From contig DURE01000045.1 in NCBI GenBank assembly GCA_012837425.1, positions 4,432-68,431 of the forward strand: DNA of 64,000 nt. The letters run 5' to 3'. The notes below the pieces were generated by a model. That model did not search any database. It saw nothing but the letters and a program-made list of their open reading frames with translations, and was not told the origin of the DNA. Below are positions 35,868 to 46,368 of the stretch, piece by piece (the first letter of the stretch is position 1; every line of letters begins with the position of its first letter). Origin of the DNA: Clostridiales bacterium (lineage in GTDB: Bacteria > Bacillota > Clostridia > Oscillospirales > CAG-272). A program made the translations under genes and the position numbers.

Positions 35868-38800
35868 TTATATCTCAATCTCGCCGTCAAAGACCTTGAC
35901 GGTATCGCCGGTCAGTACAATACCGTTCTCGGTCCAGTTTACAATCAAATCTCCCCCGAGCACCTTAACGGTTATATCCTCGCCCATGTTGCAAAAGCCG
36001 TTCTTGATAGCGGCGGCCACCGCCGCGCAGGCGCCGGTGCCGCAGGCCTGGGTCTCGCCGTTGCCCCGCTCGTAGACCCGCATTTTCAGCGTATTGCGGT
36101 TGACCACTCTGACAAACTCGGTATTGACCCGCTCGGGGAATACCTTGTGATACTCAAAAAGCGGGCCGATATTCTCGATATCGATATTGTCAATCCGGTC
36201 GCAGAACACGACGCAGTGGGGATTTCCGACCGACAGGCAGGTGACTTTATATTCCCTGCCCCCGACTTCCAGCGGCACCATAACCGCTTCGGGCAGGTCG
36301 GTCAGCATCGGAATTGAGGCAGTCGAGAAGTCGGGGTGCCCGATATTGACGCTCACACAGGTCACCTTCCCGTCTGAGGTATAGAGTGTCAGGGTTTTCA
36401 CCCCGCTGTCGGTCTCAACCGTGACGGTGTCGCGGGCGACATATCCCTTGTCATAGATATATTTGCCGATATTGCGGATTGAGTTGCCCGCCATTTTGCC
36501 CCGGCTGCCGTCGCGGTTGTAAACCCGCATTTTAACGTCGGCTATATCCGACTTTTCAATAAGGACAATGCCGTCGCCGCCAACTCCCCGCCGCCGGTCG
36601 CATAGGGTGACGCAGAGCGATTCGGGGCTCTCTATCCGGTCGTCGAAATTCTCGATACAGATATAGTCGTCGCCGGTAGCATGCATCTTGGTAAATCTGA
36701 GCTTCTCGCGGGAGGTGCGCATTTTGTTTATGTTCACAAGCTCGGTGTTCTGCTCGTTGTAGCGGCTTGCTATAATGTCGGCTACGGCATTTGCAGTGTC
36801 AAGCGAGGTCACACAGGGGACAGAGAGCTGCAGCGCGCGTCGGTGGAGGGCGATATAGTCGTCAAGCGTGTTGTCGACGAGGGCGCCGGTGTAAATTACA
36901 TAGTTGATTTTGCCCTCCTCAAGCAGCTTGTAAACCCGCTTGTCCCGGATGCTCACGACAATCTGCACGTCAATTCCGAGTTTTGAGGCCGAGACCGCAG
37001 TCTCGGGCGTGGCGTAGATTTTAAAATGCAGGTCATCGAGCTTTTTGGCGATAGAGACAATTTCCTGTTGGTCCTGGGAGGCCGCGCTGAGCAGCACTCC
37101 GACCTCCCGGTGGGTAGCCGTGGATTTGAGCAGCATTCCCGCCGAGGTCATCCCCTTGAAGAGCGCCTCCTGCAGGTTTTTGCCGACCCCCAGCACCTCG
37201 CCGGTTGATTTCATCTCGGGGCCAAGATAGGAGTCGACATCGCTAAGCTTTTCAAACGAGAATACCGGCACCTTGACCGCAAAGTAAGGCGGGGTCTTAT
37301 ATAGCCCGGTGCCGTAGCCCAGATCGCGCAGCCTGCTCCCGGTCATAACCTTTGAGGCTATTTCGACCATCGGTATGTCGGCGGCCTTGCTGATATAGGG
37401 GACGGTCCGCGAGGCGCGCGGATTGACTTCGATTACGTAAAGCTCGTTGTGGTATATAAGGAACTGGATATTCACCAGTCCCTTGGTGCCGAGCGACTTT
37501 GCCAGCTTCTCGGAGCTCTCGAGCACCAGTTTCATCATCTTGTCGTTGATGTTGTAGGGCGGAAAGACAGCAATAGAGTCGCCGCTGTGAACCCCGGCGC
37601 GCTCGATGTGCTGCATGACGCCGGGGATAAGCACATCCTCGCCGTCCGAGATGACATCGACCTCAATTTCCGTGCCGCTCATGTACTTGTCGATGAGGAC
37701 CGGGTTGTCAATTCCCTCGGCCAGTATGCGGTTCATGTAGGTTTTAACTTCGTTTTCGCTGTAGACAATCTTCATGTGCTGGCCGCCGATAACGTACGAG
37801 GGTCTCAGCAGCACCGGGAAGCCGAGCGTCCGGGCGGCCTCAAGCGCTTCTCTGAGCGTGTTTACCGCCATTCCGCGCGGCCGCTTTATATTGAACTTCT
37901 CAAGCAGCCGGTCAAATTTCTCGCGGTCCTCGGCAATGTCAATCCCCTCGGCCGAAGTCCCGAGAATGGGTATATTGCATTTGTCGAGGTACTTTGTCAG
38001 CTTAATGGCCGTCTGCCCGCCGAAGGCCACCACAACGCCGACAGGCTTTTCAACCTTGATTATGTTCATCACGTCCTCGGGGGTCAGCGGCTCGAAGTAC
38101 AGCCGGTCGGCGGTGTCGTAGTCGGTGGACACCGTCTCGGGGTTGTTGTTTACAATCACAACGTCATACCCCAGGTCCTTGAGGGTCCAGACGCAGTGAA
38201 CCGACGAGTAATCAAACTCAATACCCTGCCCGATGCGGATTGGACCCGAGCCGAGCACCAATATTACCGGCTTGCTGCTGCGCTTCATATTGCGGGATTC
38301 GCATTCTGTATCGTAGGTTGAATAAAAGTAGGGGGTCACCGCGTCGAACTCGGCGGCGCAGGTGTCGACCATTTTGTAGACGCAATTAGCCTCAAACGGC
38401 AACTTGCGGCAGCCCGAAATGCGCGCGAGCGCGGCGTCGGTATATCCGAGCTTTTTGCCCTTCTTGTAGAGCTCTTCGGTCAGCCCCTTGGCAATCTGAG
38501 CCTCGTAATCCACAAGGTTTTTTATTTTTTTGATAAAGAAGCGATCAATTTTGGTCAGCTCGAAAATCCGGTCAATCGACATTCCGCCCTTTATGGCCTC
38601 AAAAATCGTGAAAATCCGCCTGTCATCCGGCCATATTAAGCGTTCTGTGATGTCCTTATTGCTTATCGGCTCGGCATTTAACGTATCTAGTGAGAGCTCG
38701 GCGCCGCGGACCGCCTTCATCAGCGCCATCTCAAAGGACGGGGCAATTGACATAACCTCGCCGGTAGCCTTCATCTGGGTACCGAGCTTCCTTGAGGCGC

Positions 38801-39899
38801 CGACGAATTTGTCAAACGGCCACTTCGGGAATTTCACGACGACGTAGTCAATCGCCGGCTCAAAGCAGGCGCAGGTCTTCCCGGTAATTTCGTTTGTAAT
38901 TTCGTCAAGGGTGTATCCCAGCGCAATTTTGGTGGTGATTTTGGCAATAGGGTAGCCGGTGGCCTTGGAGGCCAGCGCCGAGGAGCGCGAGACCCGCGGG
39001 TTGACTTCTATCACCGCGTACTCAAAGCTGTCGGGGTCAAGCGCGAACTGACAGTTGCAGCCCCCGACAATGTCGAGAGCCTCGATGATTTTAAGTGCCG
39101 AGGAGCGCAGCATCTGGTATTCCTTGTCGGCGAGTGTCAGCGCCGGCGCCACCACAATGCTGTCGCCGGTATGCACGCCGATGGGGTCGACGTTCTCCAT
39201 GCTGCAGATCGCTATTGTGTTGCCTACGCTGTCGCGCATGGTCTCAAACTCTATTTCCTTCCAGCCGTATATATATTTTTCGACCAGTATCTGGCCTATC
39301 GGCGAGGCTTCGATTCCGGCAGTAGCCACCGAGCGCATCTCCTCCTCGCTGTATGCAACCCCGCCGCCGGTGCCGCCGAGTGTGAAGGCCGGGCGTATGA
39401 TGACCGGGTATCCTATTCCGGCGGCAATCGCCATTGCGGTCTCTATGTCGGTAGCTATATCCGAGGGCACTGTTGGCTCGCCTATCGAGCGCATGGTCTC
39501 CTTGAAGAGCTGCCTGTCCTCGGCCTTGTCTATTACCTCGGTGTTGGTGCCTATAAGCCGTACGCCGAATTTTTCCAGTATTCCCTTCCTGCTCAGTTGC
39601 ATGGCGAGCGTCAGACCGGTCTGACCGCCAAGCCCTGCCAGAAGGCTGTCGGGCCTTTCTTTCTCTATTATCCTTGCGACCGTCTCGGCGGTGAGCGGCT
39701 CGAGGTATATTTCGTCGGCCAGTGCGCTGTCGGTCATGATAGTGGCCGGGTTTGAGTTGACCAGCACCACATTGATGCCGGCCGCCTTGAGCATGCGGCA
39801 GGCCTGCGCGCCGGCATAGTCAAATTCGGCGGCCTGGCCTATTACAATAGGGCCGGAGCCGATAACCAGCACTTTTTTTATACTCTTGTCAAGCGGCAT
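35868..39899 (-). CDS. carB: Carbamoyl-phosphate synthase large subunit fused in frame to a C-terminal DapF-like (diaminopimelate epimerase fold) domain
   Basis: A single 1343-aa ORF. Residues 1 to about 1065 form a complete CarB with two ATP-grasp units and an MGS-like domain. The last 270 aa or so carry DapF signatures: FTKMHATGDDY, SVGNPHCVVF and ERGNGETQACGTGACAA. Confidence 0.85.
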   Translation of the reverse strand: MPLDKSIKKVLVIGSGPIVIGQAAEFDYAGAQACRMLKAAGINVVLVNSNPATIMTDSALADEIYLEPLTAETVARIIEKERPDSLLAGLGGQTGLTLAMQLSRKGILEKFGVRLIGTNTEVIDKAEDRQLFKETMRSIGEPTVPSDIATDIETAMAIAAGIGYPVIIRPAFTLGGTGGGVAYSEEEMRSVATAGIEASPIGQILVEKYIYGWKEIEFETMRDSVGNTIAICSMENVDPIGVHTGDSIVVAPALTLADKEYQMLRSSALKIIEALDIVGGCNCQFALDPDSFEYAVIEVNPRVSRSSALASKATGYPIAKITTKIALGYTLDEITNEITGKTCACFEPAIDYVVVKFPKWPFDKFVGASRKLGTQMKATGEVMSIAPSFEMALMKAVRGAELSLDTLNAEPISNKDITERLIWPDDRRIFTIFEAIKGGMSIDRIFELTKIDRFFIKKIKNLVDYEAQIAKGLTEELYKKGKKLGYTDAALARISGCRKLPFEANCVYKMVDTCAAEFDAVTPYFYSTYDTECESRNMKRSSKPVILVLGSGPIRIGQGIEFDYSSVHCVWTLKDLGYDVVIVNNNPETVSTDYDTADRLYFEPLTPEDVMNIIKVEKPVGVVVAFGGQTAIKLTKYLDKCNIPILGTSAEGIDIAEDREKFDRLLEKFNIKRPRGMAVNTLREALEAARTLGFPVLLRPSYVIGGQHMKIVYSENEVKTYMNRILAEGIDNPVLIDKYMSGTEIEVDVISDGEDVLIPGVMQHIERAGVHSGDSIAVFPPYNINDKMMKLVLESSEKLAKSLGTKGLVNIQFLIYHNELYVIEVNPRASRTVPYISKAADIPMVEIASKVMTGSRLRDLGYGTGLYKTPPYFAVKVPVFSFEKLSDVDSYLGPEMKSTGEVLGVGKNLQEALFKGMTSAGMLLKSTATHREVGVLLSAASQDQQEIVSIAKKLDDLHFKIYATPETAVSASKLGIDVQIVVSIRDKRVYKLLEEGKINYVIYTGALVDNTLDDYIALHRRALQLSVPCVTSLDTANAVADIIASRYNEQNTELVNINKMRTSREKLRFTKMHATGDDYICIENFDDRIESPESLCVTLCDRRRGVGGDGIVLIEKSDIADVKMRVYNRDGSRGKMAGNSIRNIGKYIYDKGYVARDTVTVETDSGVKTLTLYTSDGKVTCVSVNIGHPDFSTASIPMLTDLPEAVMVPLEVGGREYKVTCLSVGNPHCVVFCDRIDNIDIENIGPLFEYHKVFPERVNTEFVRVVNRNTLKMRVYERGNGETQACGTGACAAVAAAIKNGFCNMGEDITVKVLGGDLIVNWTENGIVLTGDTVKVFDGEIEI

Positions 39900-40966
39900 T
39901 ATCTGCTCCTCCCTTCTCTGGCCATCATCTGAATAAACCGGTCGAACAAAAAGGACGTGTCAAGCAGCCCTGCACTTGCCTCGGGGTGGAATTGAACCGA
40001 AAAGGCCATGAGGTCGGGGTAGTCTATCCCCTCGCAGGTACCGTCGTTGGCGTTCTGAAACAAGAGCTTTCCGCATTTGATGCTTGCATTGTCGACCGCA
40101 TAGCCGTGGTTCTGGCTGGTTATATATGTCCGGGTCCCCGAAAGGTCGCGCACCGGCTGGTTTGCACCGCGGTGGCCGTATTGCAGCTTTATTGTACGGC
40201 TCCCGGCGGCCAGCGCCAGCAGCTGGTGCCCGAGACAGATACCGAATATCGGGAGTTTCCCGAGCAGTTTTTCAAGCTGCCCTATCTGGTACTTGTTTTC
40301 TGCCGGGTCGCCGGGACCGTTGGGCAGCACAAGGCCGTCGGGACTGTCCGAGAGGATTTCCTCCGCCGATACGGTTGCTGGAACCACTGTAACGCTGCAA
40401 CCGCGCATCTGCAGGGATTTTTTAATATAATTCTTGGCGCCGTAGTCAATCAGGGTCGCCCGGTATTTTTCGTTTTCTGCCGGGTAATCGGTTTTTTCCT
40501 TGCGGCTCACACTCAGCACGGCATCCTTAATTTTGTAGTTTTTAATAAACGAGAGGTCCTCGGGGACACTGTCGCAGATTGCCGCGTTCATAACCCCGTG
40601 CTCGCGTATGATTCTTGTCACCTGCCGGGTGTCGATACCGCACAACCCGACAACATTTTTGTCCTTCAGGAACTTGTCAAGATCATACTGGCAGCGGAAA
40701 TTTGAGGGGAAATCGCACCACTCGCGCACGACATAGCCCCGCACACAGCAGGGGCCCTCAAAGTCGGCCTCGATGATTCCGTAATTGCCGATAAGCGGGA
40801 AGGTCTGCAGCACAATCTGACTATAGTAGCTCGGGTCGGTGAGCGTCTCGATATAGCCGCACATGTTGGTGGTAAAGACCAGCTCGCCGACGTTCTCGGT
40901 ATCCGCGCCGAACTTCTCGCCCGGGAAAACCCTCCCGTCCTCCAGCACCAGAAAAGCTTTTTTCAT
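39899..40966 (-). CDS. carA: Carbamoyl-phosphate synthase small (glutaminase) subunit
   Basis: GICLGHQLL catalytic Cys motif and FQFHPEA-like VQFHPEA. Its stop overlaps the carB start. Confidence 0.9.
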   Translation of the reverse strand: MKKAFLVLEDGRVFPGEKFGADTENVGELVFTTNMCGYIETLTDPSYYSQIVLQTFPLIGNYGIIEADFEGPCCVRGYVVREWCDFPSNFRCQYDLDKFLKDKNVVGLCGIDTRQVTRIIREHGVMNAAICDSVPEDLSFIKNYKIKDAVLSVSRKEKTDYPAENEKYRATLIDYGAKNYIKKSLQMRGCSVTVVPATVSAEEILSDSPDGLVLPNGPGDPAENKYQIGQLEKLLGKLPIFGICLGHQLLALAAGSRTIKLQYGHRGANQPVRDLSGTRTYITSQNHGYAVDNASIKCGKLLFQNANDGTCEGIDYPDLMAFSVQFHPEASAGLLDTSFLFDRFIQMMAREGRSR

Positions 40967-41103
40967 TCTTTTTATCCTTTCCCCGGCGACACGAATCTAC
41001 CATTGCCGCCGGATAAAAACAAACCCGAAGTTTTCTGCATCTTTGCATATTGAAAGATGAGCCGGTTGCCTTTATGGCAGTAACTCATCTTTCGTGGAAT
41101 ATT

Positions 41104-42093
41104 CTAAGTAAGCGTCGCCGCCATCACTGCTTTTATTGTGTGCATCCTGTTCTCGGCCTCGTCGAATACCACCGAGCGCTCGCTCTCAAAGACCTCGTCT
41201 GTGACCTCAAGCCCGCAAAGCCCGTATTTCTCGCCGATTTCCCGGCCGATGCCGGTTTTCATGTCGTGAAAGGACGGCAGGCAGTGCATGAAAACTGCCG
41301 CAGGGTCGGCCAGGCTCATTATTCTACCGTTTACCTGATAGGGGAGCAGCGCCTTAATTCTTTCTCCCCATGCCGCCTCGGGCTCGCCCATTGACAGCCA
41401 GACGTCGGTATAAACAATCTGCGCCCCGCGCGCGGCTTCCTCGGGGTCTGAAATAAACCTGAGTTCAGAACCGGTGGTGCGCGCTATCTCCTGGCATTTC
41501 TCTATAAGCTCTTTTGATGGGAAAAACTCAGCGGGTGCGGCAGCCGTGAAATTCAGCCCAAGATTGGCGCAGCCCACCATAAGCGAGTTGCCCATGTTGT
41601 AGCGCGCGTCGCCGAAATAGACAAGATTCAGTCCCTTGAGATATCCGAAGCGCTCTTTTATGGTGAGCATATCGGCGAGCACCTGCGTCGGGTGAAATTC
41701 GTTGGTAAGCCCGTTCCAGACCGGCACACCGGCGTATTTTGCTATTTCCTCGACAATAGACTGCTCAAACCCGCGGTACTCAATCCCGTCATACAGCCGA
41801 CCGAGTACCCGCGCCGTGTCGGAAATGCTCTCCTTTTTGCCTATCTGCGAGCCCTGTGGGTCAAGATAGGTGACGTTCATACCGAGGTCGTAGGCGGCGA
41901 CCTCAAAGCTGCAGCGAGTGCGGGTGCTGGTCTTCTCGAAAATCAGGGCGATATTCTTGCCCTCGCAAAGCCTGTGGGGTATGCCGGCCTTTTTCTTTGC
42001 TTTAAATTCGGCGGCAAGCTCAATGAGGCCAAGTATTTCCTCCGGGGTAAAATCAAGCAGCTTTAAAAAGCTTCTTCCGGTAAGATTCAACAT
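41104..42093 (-). CDS. argF: Ornithine carbamoyltransferase
   Basis: STRTR, HPTQ and HCLP motifs. GAGGGAGGGGAG RBS before MLNLTGRSF. Confidence 0.9.
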   Translation of the reverse strand: MLNLTGRSFLKLLDFTPEEILGLIELAAEFKAKKKAGIPHRLCEGKNIALIFEKTSTRTRCSFEVAAYDLGMNVTYLDPQGSQIGKKESISDTARVLGRLYDGIEYRGFEQSIVEEIAKYAGVPVWNGLTNEFHPTQVLADMLTIKERFGYLKGLNLVYFGDARYNMGNSLMVGCANLGLNFTAAAPAEFFPSKELIEKCQEIARTTGSELRFISDPEEAARGAQIVYTDVWLSMGEPEAAWGERIKALLPYQVNGRIMSLADPAAVFMHCLPSFHDMKTGIGREIGEKYGLCGLEVTDEVFESERSVVFDEAENRMHTIKAVMAATLT

Positions 42094-42106
42094 TGTCTCC
42101 CCTCCC

Positions 42107-43270
42107 TCACTCGGCGCAGGCCGCCTTGAGCACTGCAACCGCCCTTTTGAGCAAATCCTCAGAGATATTAAGCGGCGGCAGCAGCCTGACTTTGTTTTTG
42201 GCTCTGATAACTATGACACCCATCTCGCGGCATCGTCTGATGACCTCGTCGGCCGGCTTTGAGGTTTCAATGCCTACCATCAGCCCCATGCCGGTGACAC
42301 CCATAACCCCCGGCGCGCCGCGAAGCTCCTTCATTATATAATCCGACTTTTCTTTTACTTTGTCAAGTAGTTTTTTATCAATTCTCGATAAAATATTCAG
42401 CGCCCCGGCAGATGCCACCGGGTTACCGCCGAAGGTCGAGCCGTGCGAGCCGGGAGTGAACACGTCCTTCACCTTCTCGCCAAGCAGGGTCGCGCCTATC
42501 GGCAGCCCGCCGCCAAGCCCTTTTGCAAGGGTCACTATATCCGGGATTATGTCGTATTTCATGTAGGCAAAATACTCCCCGGTCCGCCCGCAGCCGGTCT
42601 GAACCTCGTCGACGACAAGCAAAAGGTCGTGTTTGACGGCAATATCTGCAAGTCTACCGACAAACTCCTGCGGCAGCGGCACAACACCACCCTCGCCCTG
42701 TATCAGCTCAAACATCACCGCCGCTGCCCTGCCGGCCTTTGCCTGCTCCTCAACCGAATCAAGGTCGCCCGGCTCGACATAAACGAACCCCGGGGTGAGC
42801 GGCTGATAATCGGTATGGAAGGTTTCCTGCCCGGTGGCGGCCAGCGTGGTTATCGTGCGGCCGTGAAAGCTGTTCTTCAGAGTTATTATATTATACCTCT
42901 CGTCCCCGTATTTAGTCGCCGCATATTTTCGTGCGGCCTTTATTGCGCACTCGTTAGCCTCGGCACCCGAGTTTGAGAAAAAAACCTTCTTCATGCCAGA
43001 TATACAGCAAAGCCGTTCGGCAAGCAACACGCAGGGGTCACTGTAAAATAAATTTGAGGTGTGCTGGCAGATTTTTAGCTGTTTTGTGACAGCCTCAACC
43101 CACTCGTCGTCGCACATACCGAAGGAGTTGACCGCAATGCCGCTCCCCAGGTCTATATATTCATTGCCCTGCTCGTCGTAGGCAAGCGCCCCCTTCCCGC
43201 GCACAATACGAAGCGGGTAGCGCGCGTATGTGGCGGCGATATATTCGTGATCCTTCCCGATAATGTTCAT
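42107..43270 (-). CDS. argD: Acetylornithine aminotransferase
   Basis: Class III aminotransferase, with [11 protein letters not shown] and the PLP lysine in TLAKGLGGG. Confidence 0.9.
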   Translation of the reverse strand: MNIIGKDHEYIAATYARYPLRIVRGKGALAYDEQGNEYIDLGSGIAVNSFGMCDDEWVEAVTKQLKICQHTSNLFYSDPCVLLAERLCCISGMKKVFFSNSGAEANECAIKAARKYAATKYGDERYNIITLKNSFHGRTITTLAATGQETFHTDYQPLTPGFVYVEPGDLDSVEEQAKAGRAAAVMFELIQGEGGVVPLPQEFVGRLADIAVKHDLLLVVDEVQTGCGRTGEYFAYMKYDIIPDIVTLAKGLGGGLPIGATLLGEKVKDVFTPGSHGSTFGGNPVASAGALNILSRIDKKLLDKVKEKSDYIMKELRGAPGVMGVTGMGLMVGIETSKPADEVIRRCREMGVIVIRAKNKVRLLPPLNISEDLLKRAVAVLKAACAE

Positions 43271-43301
43271 AAGGCTCCCTCCCCCGGTAATCTGTAGTCT
43301 C

Positions 43302-44168
43302 TTACTCGTCGGCCGCCGCAATCATGGTTCCGGCGCCCTCGTCGGTCAGCATCTCAATAAGCAGCGAATGGGGCACCCGCCCGTCTATGATGGTAACCCT
43401 TCTTACCCCAAGCTCTATGGCGTCAATGCAGCACTGGATTTTCGGAATCATACCGCCCGATACCGCGCCGCTCTTTATCATTGCTCTGGCCTCGTCAACA
43501 TTCATGAAGTGTATGAGCGAGGACGGGTCATTTACGTCTCGCAGCACTCCGGCAATGTCGGTCAGGGTCATGAGGCGCTCGGCACACATAGCCCCGGCTA
43601 TATATGCCGCCGCGGTGTCGGCGTTTATGTTGTATATATTCCCTTCCTTGTCGCAGCCCACCGTCGAGACTACCGGGATGTAACCGTTCTGAAGCAAATC
43701 CATTATCGGCTTAACGTTGACCCGGGTAATCTCACCGACAAAGCCGTGTACCTCGTCGCGCCGTCTGGCTTCAATCAGCCGGCCGTCAATGCCGCAGATA
43801 CCGATAGCGTTGCCGCCCTTGGTCTGAATCAGGTTGACGATGTTCTTGTTGACCTTGCCGGCCAGCACCATTTTGACAATTTCAGCCGTCTCCCTGTCGG
43901 TCACGCGCAGGCCGTCGACAAACACCGATTTCTTGCCGAACTTCTCGAGCACCTCGGTAATTTCGGGGCCGCCGCCGTGCACCAGCACTACTTTGACGCC
44001 TATCAGTCCGAGCAGTATTATATCGTCCATGACCTGGCGCTTGAGTTCCTCGTTGACCATGGCGTTCCCGCCGTACTTTATGACCACTATTTTGTTATAA
44101 TACTTTTGTATGTAAGGTAGCGCCTGGGTCAGCACCTCAGCGCGTTTGAAGTTGTCAATCCCGGTCAT
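43302..44168 (-). CDS. argB: Acetylglutamate kinase
   Basis: VIKYGGNAM, VLVHGGGPEI and NINADTAA motifs. Confidence 0.9.
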   Translation of the reverse strand: MTGIDNFKRAEVLTQALPYIQKYYNKIVVIKYGGNAMVNEELKRQVMDDIILLGLIGVKVVLVHGGGPEITEVLEKFGKKSVFVDGLRVTDRETAEIVKMVLAGKVNKNIVNLIQTKGGNAIGICGIDGRLIEARRRDEVHGFVGEITRVNVKPIMDLLQNGYIPVVSTVGCDKEGNIYNINADTAAAYIAGAMCAERLMTLTDIAGVLRDVNDPSSLIHFMNVDEARAMIKSGAVSGGMIPKIQCCIDAIELGVRRVTIIDGRVPHSLLIEMLTDEGAGTMIAAADE

Positions 44169-44183
44169 TTTGCCCTTCCCTCC

Positions 44184-45395
44184 TCAAGTTCTGTAGGCTC
44201 CGTTGATTTTTACATAATCGTATGTCAGGTCGCAGCCCCAGGCAACCGCTCCGGCGCCGCCGCTCTCCAGGTCTATGAGTATGATTATTTCCTTTTCAAG
44301 CAGTATTTTCTTTGCTGCCTCCTCAGAGAAGCCGACTGCGGTGCCGTCCTCGCAGACCTTGACTGTCCCCGCCACAGAGGCAAACGAAATGTCAATTTTG
44401 TTTACGTCAACCGGAGCGCCGCTGTAACCGATGGCGCAGAGCACACGCCCGAAGTTGGCGTCGGCCCCGAACATCGCGGCCTTGACCAGCGTGGAGGATA
44501 CTACACCTCTGGCCACAACCCGTGCGGTCCCCTCGTCGGCGGCTCCCGTAACTCGGCACTCAAGCAGCTTTGTGGCCCCCTCGCCGTCAGATGCAATCAT
44601 TCTGCACAGCGGCAGCGTCACGGCACTCAGCGCCTTTTTGAAGGTTTCAAAATCTTTACCTTTGCAGACAATCTCGGGGTTGCCGGCCATGCCGTTGGCA
44701 AGTATGGCTACCATGTCGTTTGTCGAGGTGTCGCCGTCTATGCTTATCATGTTGAAGGTGTTTTTAACATCCTCAGAAAGCGCTTTTTGAAGCATGGCCG
44801 GGGAAATCGCCGCGTCGGTGGTTATAAAGACCAGCATGGTTGCCATGTCGGGGTGTATCATGCCCGAGCCCTTGGCTATCCCGCCCATGCGGCAGACCCG
44901 CCCGCCTATTTCAAACTCGACCGCTATCTCCTTTTTTATGGTGTCGGTCGTCATTATCCCCTCGGCTGCGTCCGAGCTGTTTTTCCCTAGTGAGCTTACA
45001 AGCGTCGGTATGCCCTCTTTAATCGGGGTGATGTCAAGCTTCTGTCCTATCACGCCTGTTGAGGCCACAATCACGTCTTCAGCGGATATGCCGAGCTCGC
45101 GCGCGAGCAGGCAGCAGGTTTGTTCTGCTACTTCAACTCCGTCTTTGTTGCAGGTGTTGGCGTTTCCGCTGTTGCAGATTACCGCCTGCGCATATCCATT
45201 GGAAATATTCTGCCTGGTTACGGTTAGCGGCGCGCCCTGCACTAAATTCGTGGTGTAAACCGCGGCAGCCGAGGCGACTTTTTCACTGTAAATTAAGGCA
45301 AGGTCGAGTTTTGTGCGGTTTTTGCGGATACCGCAATGAATACCGCTTGCCGCAAACCCCAGAGCGGCACAGACGCCGCCGTCTATTATCTTCAT
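44184..45395 (-). CDS. argJ: Bifunctional ornithine acetyltransferase / N-acetylglutamate synthase
   Basis: ATMLVFITTDA autoprocessing site, with length and context typical of ArgJ. Confidence 0.9.
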   Translation of the reverse strand: MKIIDGGVCAALGFAASGIHCGIRKNRTKLDLALIYSEKVASAAAVYTTNLVQGAPLTVTRQNISNGYAQAVICNSGNANTCNKDGVEVAEQTCCLLARELGISAEDVIVASTGVIGQKLDITPIKEGIPTLVSSLGKNSSDAAEGIMTTDTIKKEIAVEFEIGGRVCRMGGIAKGSGMIHPDMATMLVFITTDAAISPAMLQKALSEDVKNTFNMISIDGDTSTNDMVAILANGMAGNPEIVCKGKDFETFKKALSAVTLPLCRMIASDGEGATKLLECRVTGAADEGTARVVARGVVSSTLVKAAMFGADANFGRVLCAIGYSGAPVDVNKIDISFASVAGTVKVCEDGTAVGFSEEAAKKILLEKEIIILIDLESGGAGAVAWGCDLTYDYVKINGAYRT

Positions 45396-45438
45396 TTCAG
45401 CAATAACTCCGTTTATGTTGATGTGTTCATTCTACTTA

Positions 45439-46368
45439 TCAGAGTACAAGTCCGGTCCTCGGGTCAAGCCCGAGCGCGATGTTCATGCACTCGACAGCAG
45501 AGCCCGAGGCCCCTTTCCCGAGGTTGTCAAACTGGGCGGCGAGGGTTATTCTGTCCCCGTTGCCCATGACACATATGTTCATGTAATCGGCACCCGAGAG
45601 CGCTCCGCTTGATACAAACCCGGCTTTGTCAATTGTGTCACAATACCGTACAATCTTGCTGCTATACTTCTTATTGTATAGCGTTGTGATGTCGGCTGCA
45701 TCTGCGCCGCTCAGCATTTCGGCAAACAGCGGTACTGTCACAAGCATCCCGCTGTAATAGTCGGCAACAACAGGTTCAAAGTGCGGCGCCTTTGTAAGGC
45801 CGGATACCGCCATCATTTCCTTTATATGCTTGTGTTGCTGTTCAATCGCATAAACCCGCGGGAAGTCAAGCTCAGGCGCGCGGCCCTCGGACTCATACTC
45901 GGCTATCATCCTGTTGCCGCCGCCCGAGTAGCCGGTCAGCGAAAAACAGGTGAGCCTTATGTCCCTCGTGAGAACGCCGGCCTCAATCAAGGGGTAGACC
46001 AGCGCAATAAAGCCGGCAGCGTGGCAACCCGGGACCGCAATCCGTTTTGAGGTTCTTATCGCCTCATAGTGCCGCTCGGACAGCTCAGGAAAGCCGTATG
46101 CCCAGCCGGGGGTCGTTCGGTGGGCGGTTGAGGCGTCGATTATCACGGTATCGGGGTTTTCGACCAGCGCCACCGCCTCCATTGCTGCCGCGTCGGGCAG
46201 GCATAGAAAGGCAACATCAGCCTCATTGAGCAGCCTTGCCCGTTCGACCGGGTCTTTTCTCAGCGCTGTTTTAATGGCGAACAGCTGTATATCACTTCTC
46301 TGCGAAAGGCGTTTGTGTATTCTCAGGCCGGTAGTGCCGGCTTCCCCGTCTATAAATACTTTTTTCAT
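45439..46368 (-). CDS. argC: N-acetyl-gamma-glutamyl-phosphate reductase (short type)
   Basis: MKKVFIDGEAGTTGLRI N-terminus and PGCHAAG catalytic Cys. ATGA overlap with the argH stop. Confidence 0.85.
   Translation of the reverse strand: MKKVFIDGEAGTTGLRIHKRLSQRSDIQLFAIKTALRKDPVERARLLNEADVAFLCLPDAAAMEAVALVENPDTVIIDASTAHRTTPGWAYGFPELSERHYEAIRTSKRIAVPGCHAAGFIALVYPLIEAGVLTRDIRLTCFSLTGYSGGGNRMIAEYESEGRAPELDFPRVYAIEQQHKHIKEMMAVSGLTKAPHFEPVVADYYSGMLVTVPLFAEMLSGADAADITTLYNKKYSSKIVRYCDTIDKAGFVSSGALSGADYMNICVMGNGDRITLAAQFDNLGKGASGSAVECMNIALGLDPRTGLVL

Noticed and set aside
36687-36722. Independent dapF gene starting at the internal ATG 36722 (MRTSREKLRFTKMH).
   Set aside because: There is no stop codon closing carB upstream of it and no Shine-Dalgarno sequence in the preceding 20 nt. 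As sequenced, it is part of one continuous ORF.
37449-38321. Long antisense ORFs inside well-supported genes: 37449..38321 and 39171..39755 (opposite carB), 39986..40705 (opposite carA), 43263..44120 (opposite argB), 9869..10744 (opposite the URO-D and AraC genes), 49794..50342 (opposite aspS) and 57833..58537 (opposite the SGNH hydrolase).
   Set aside because: These are typical shadow ORFs of GC-rich coding DNA. Their translations are low-complexity and Arg/Gly/His-rich, they lack RBSs, and the opposite strand carries unmistakable conserved enzyme motifs.
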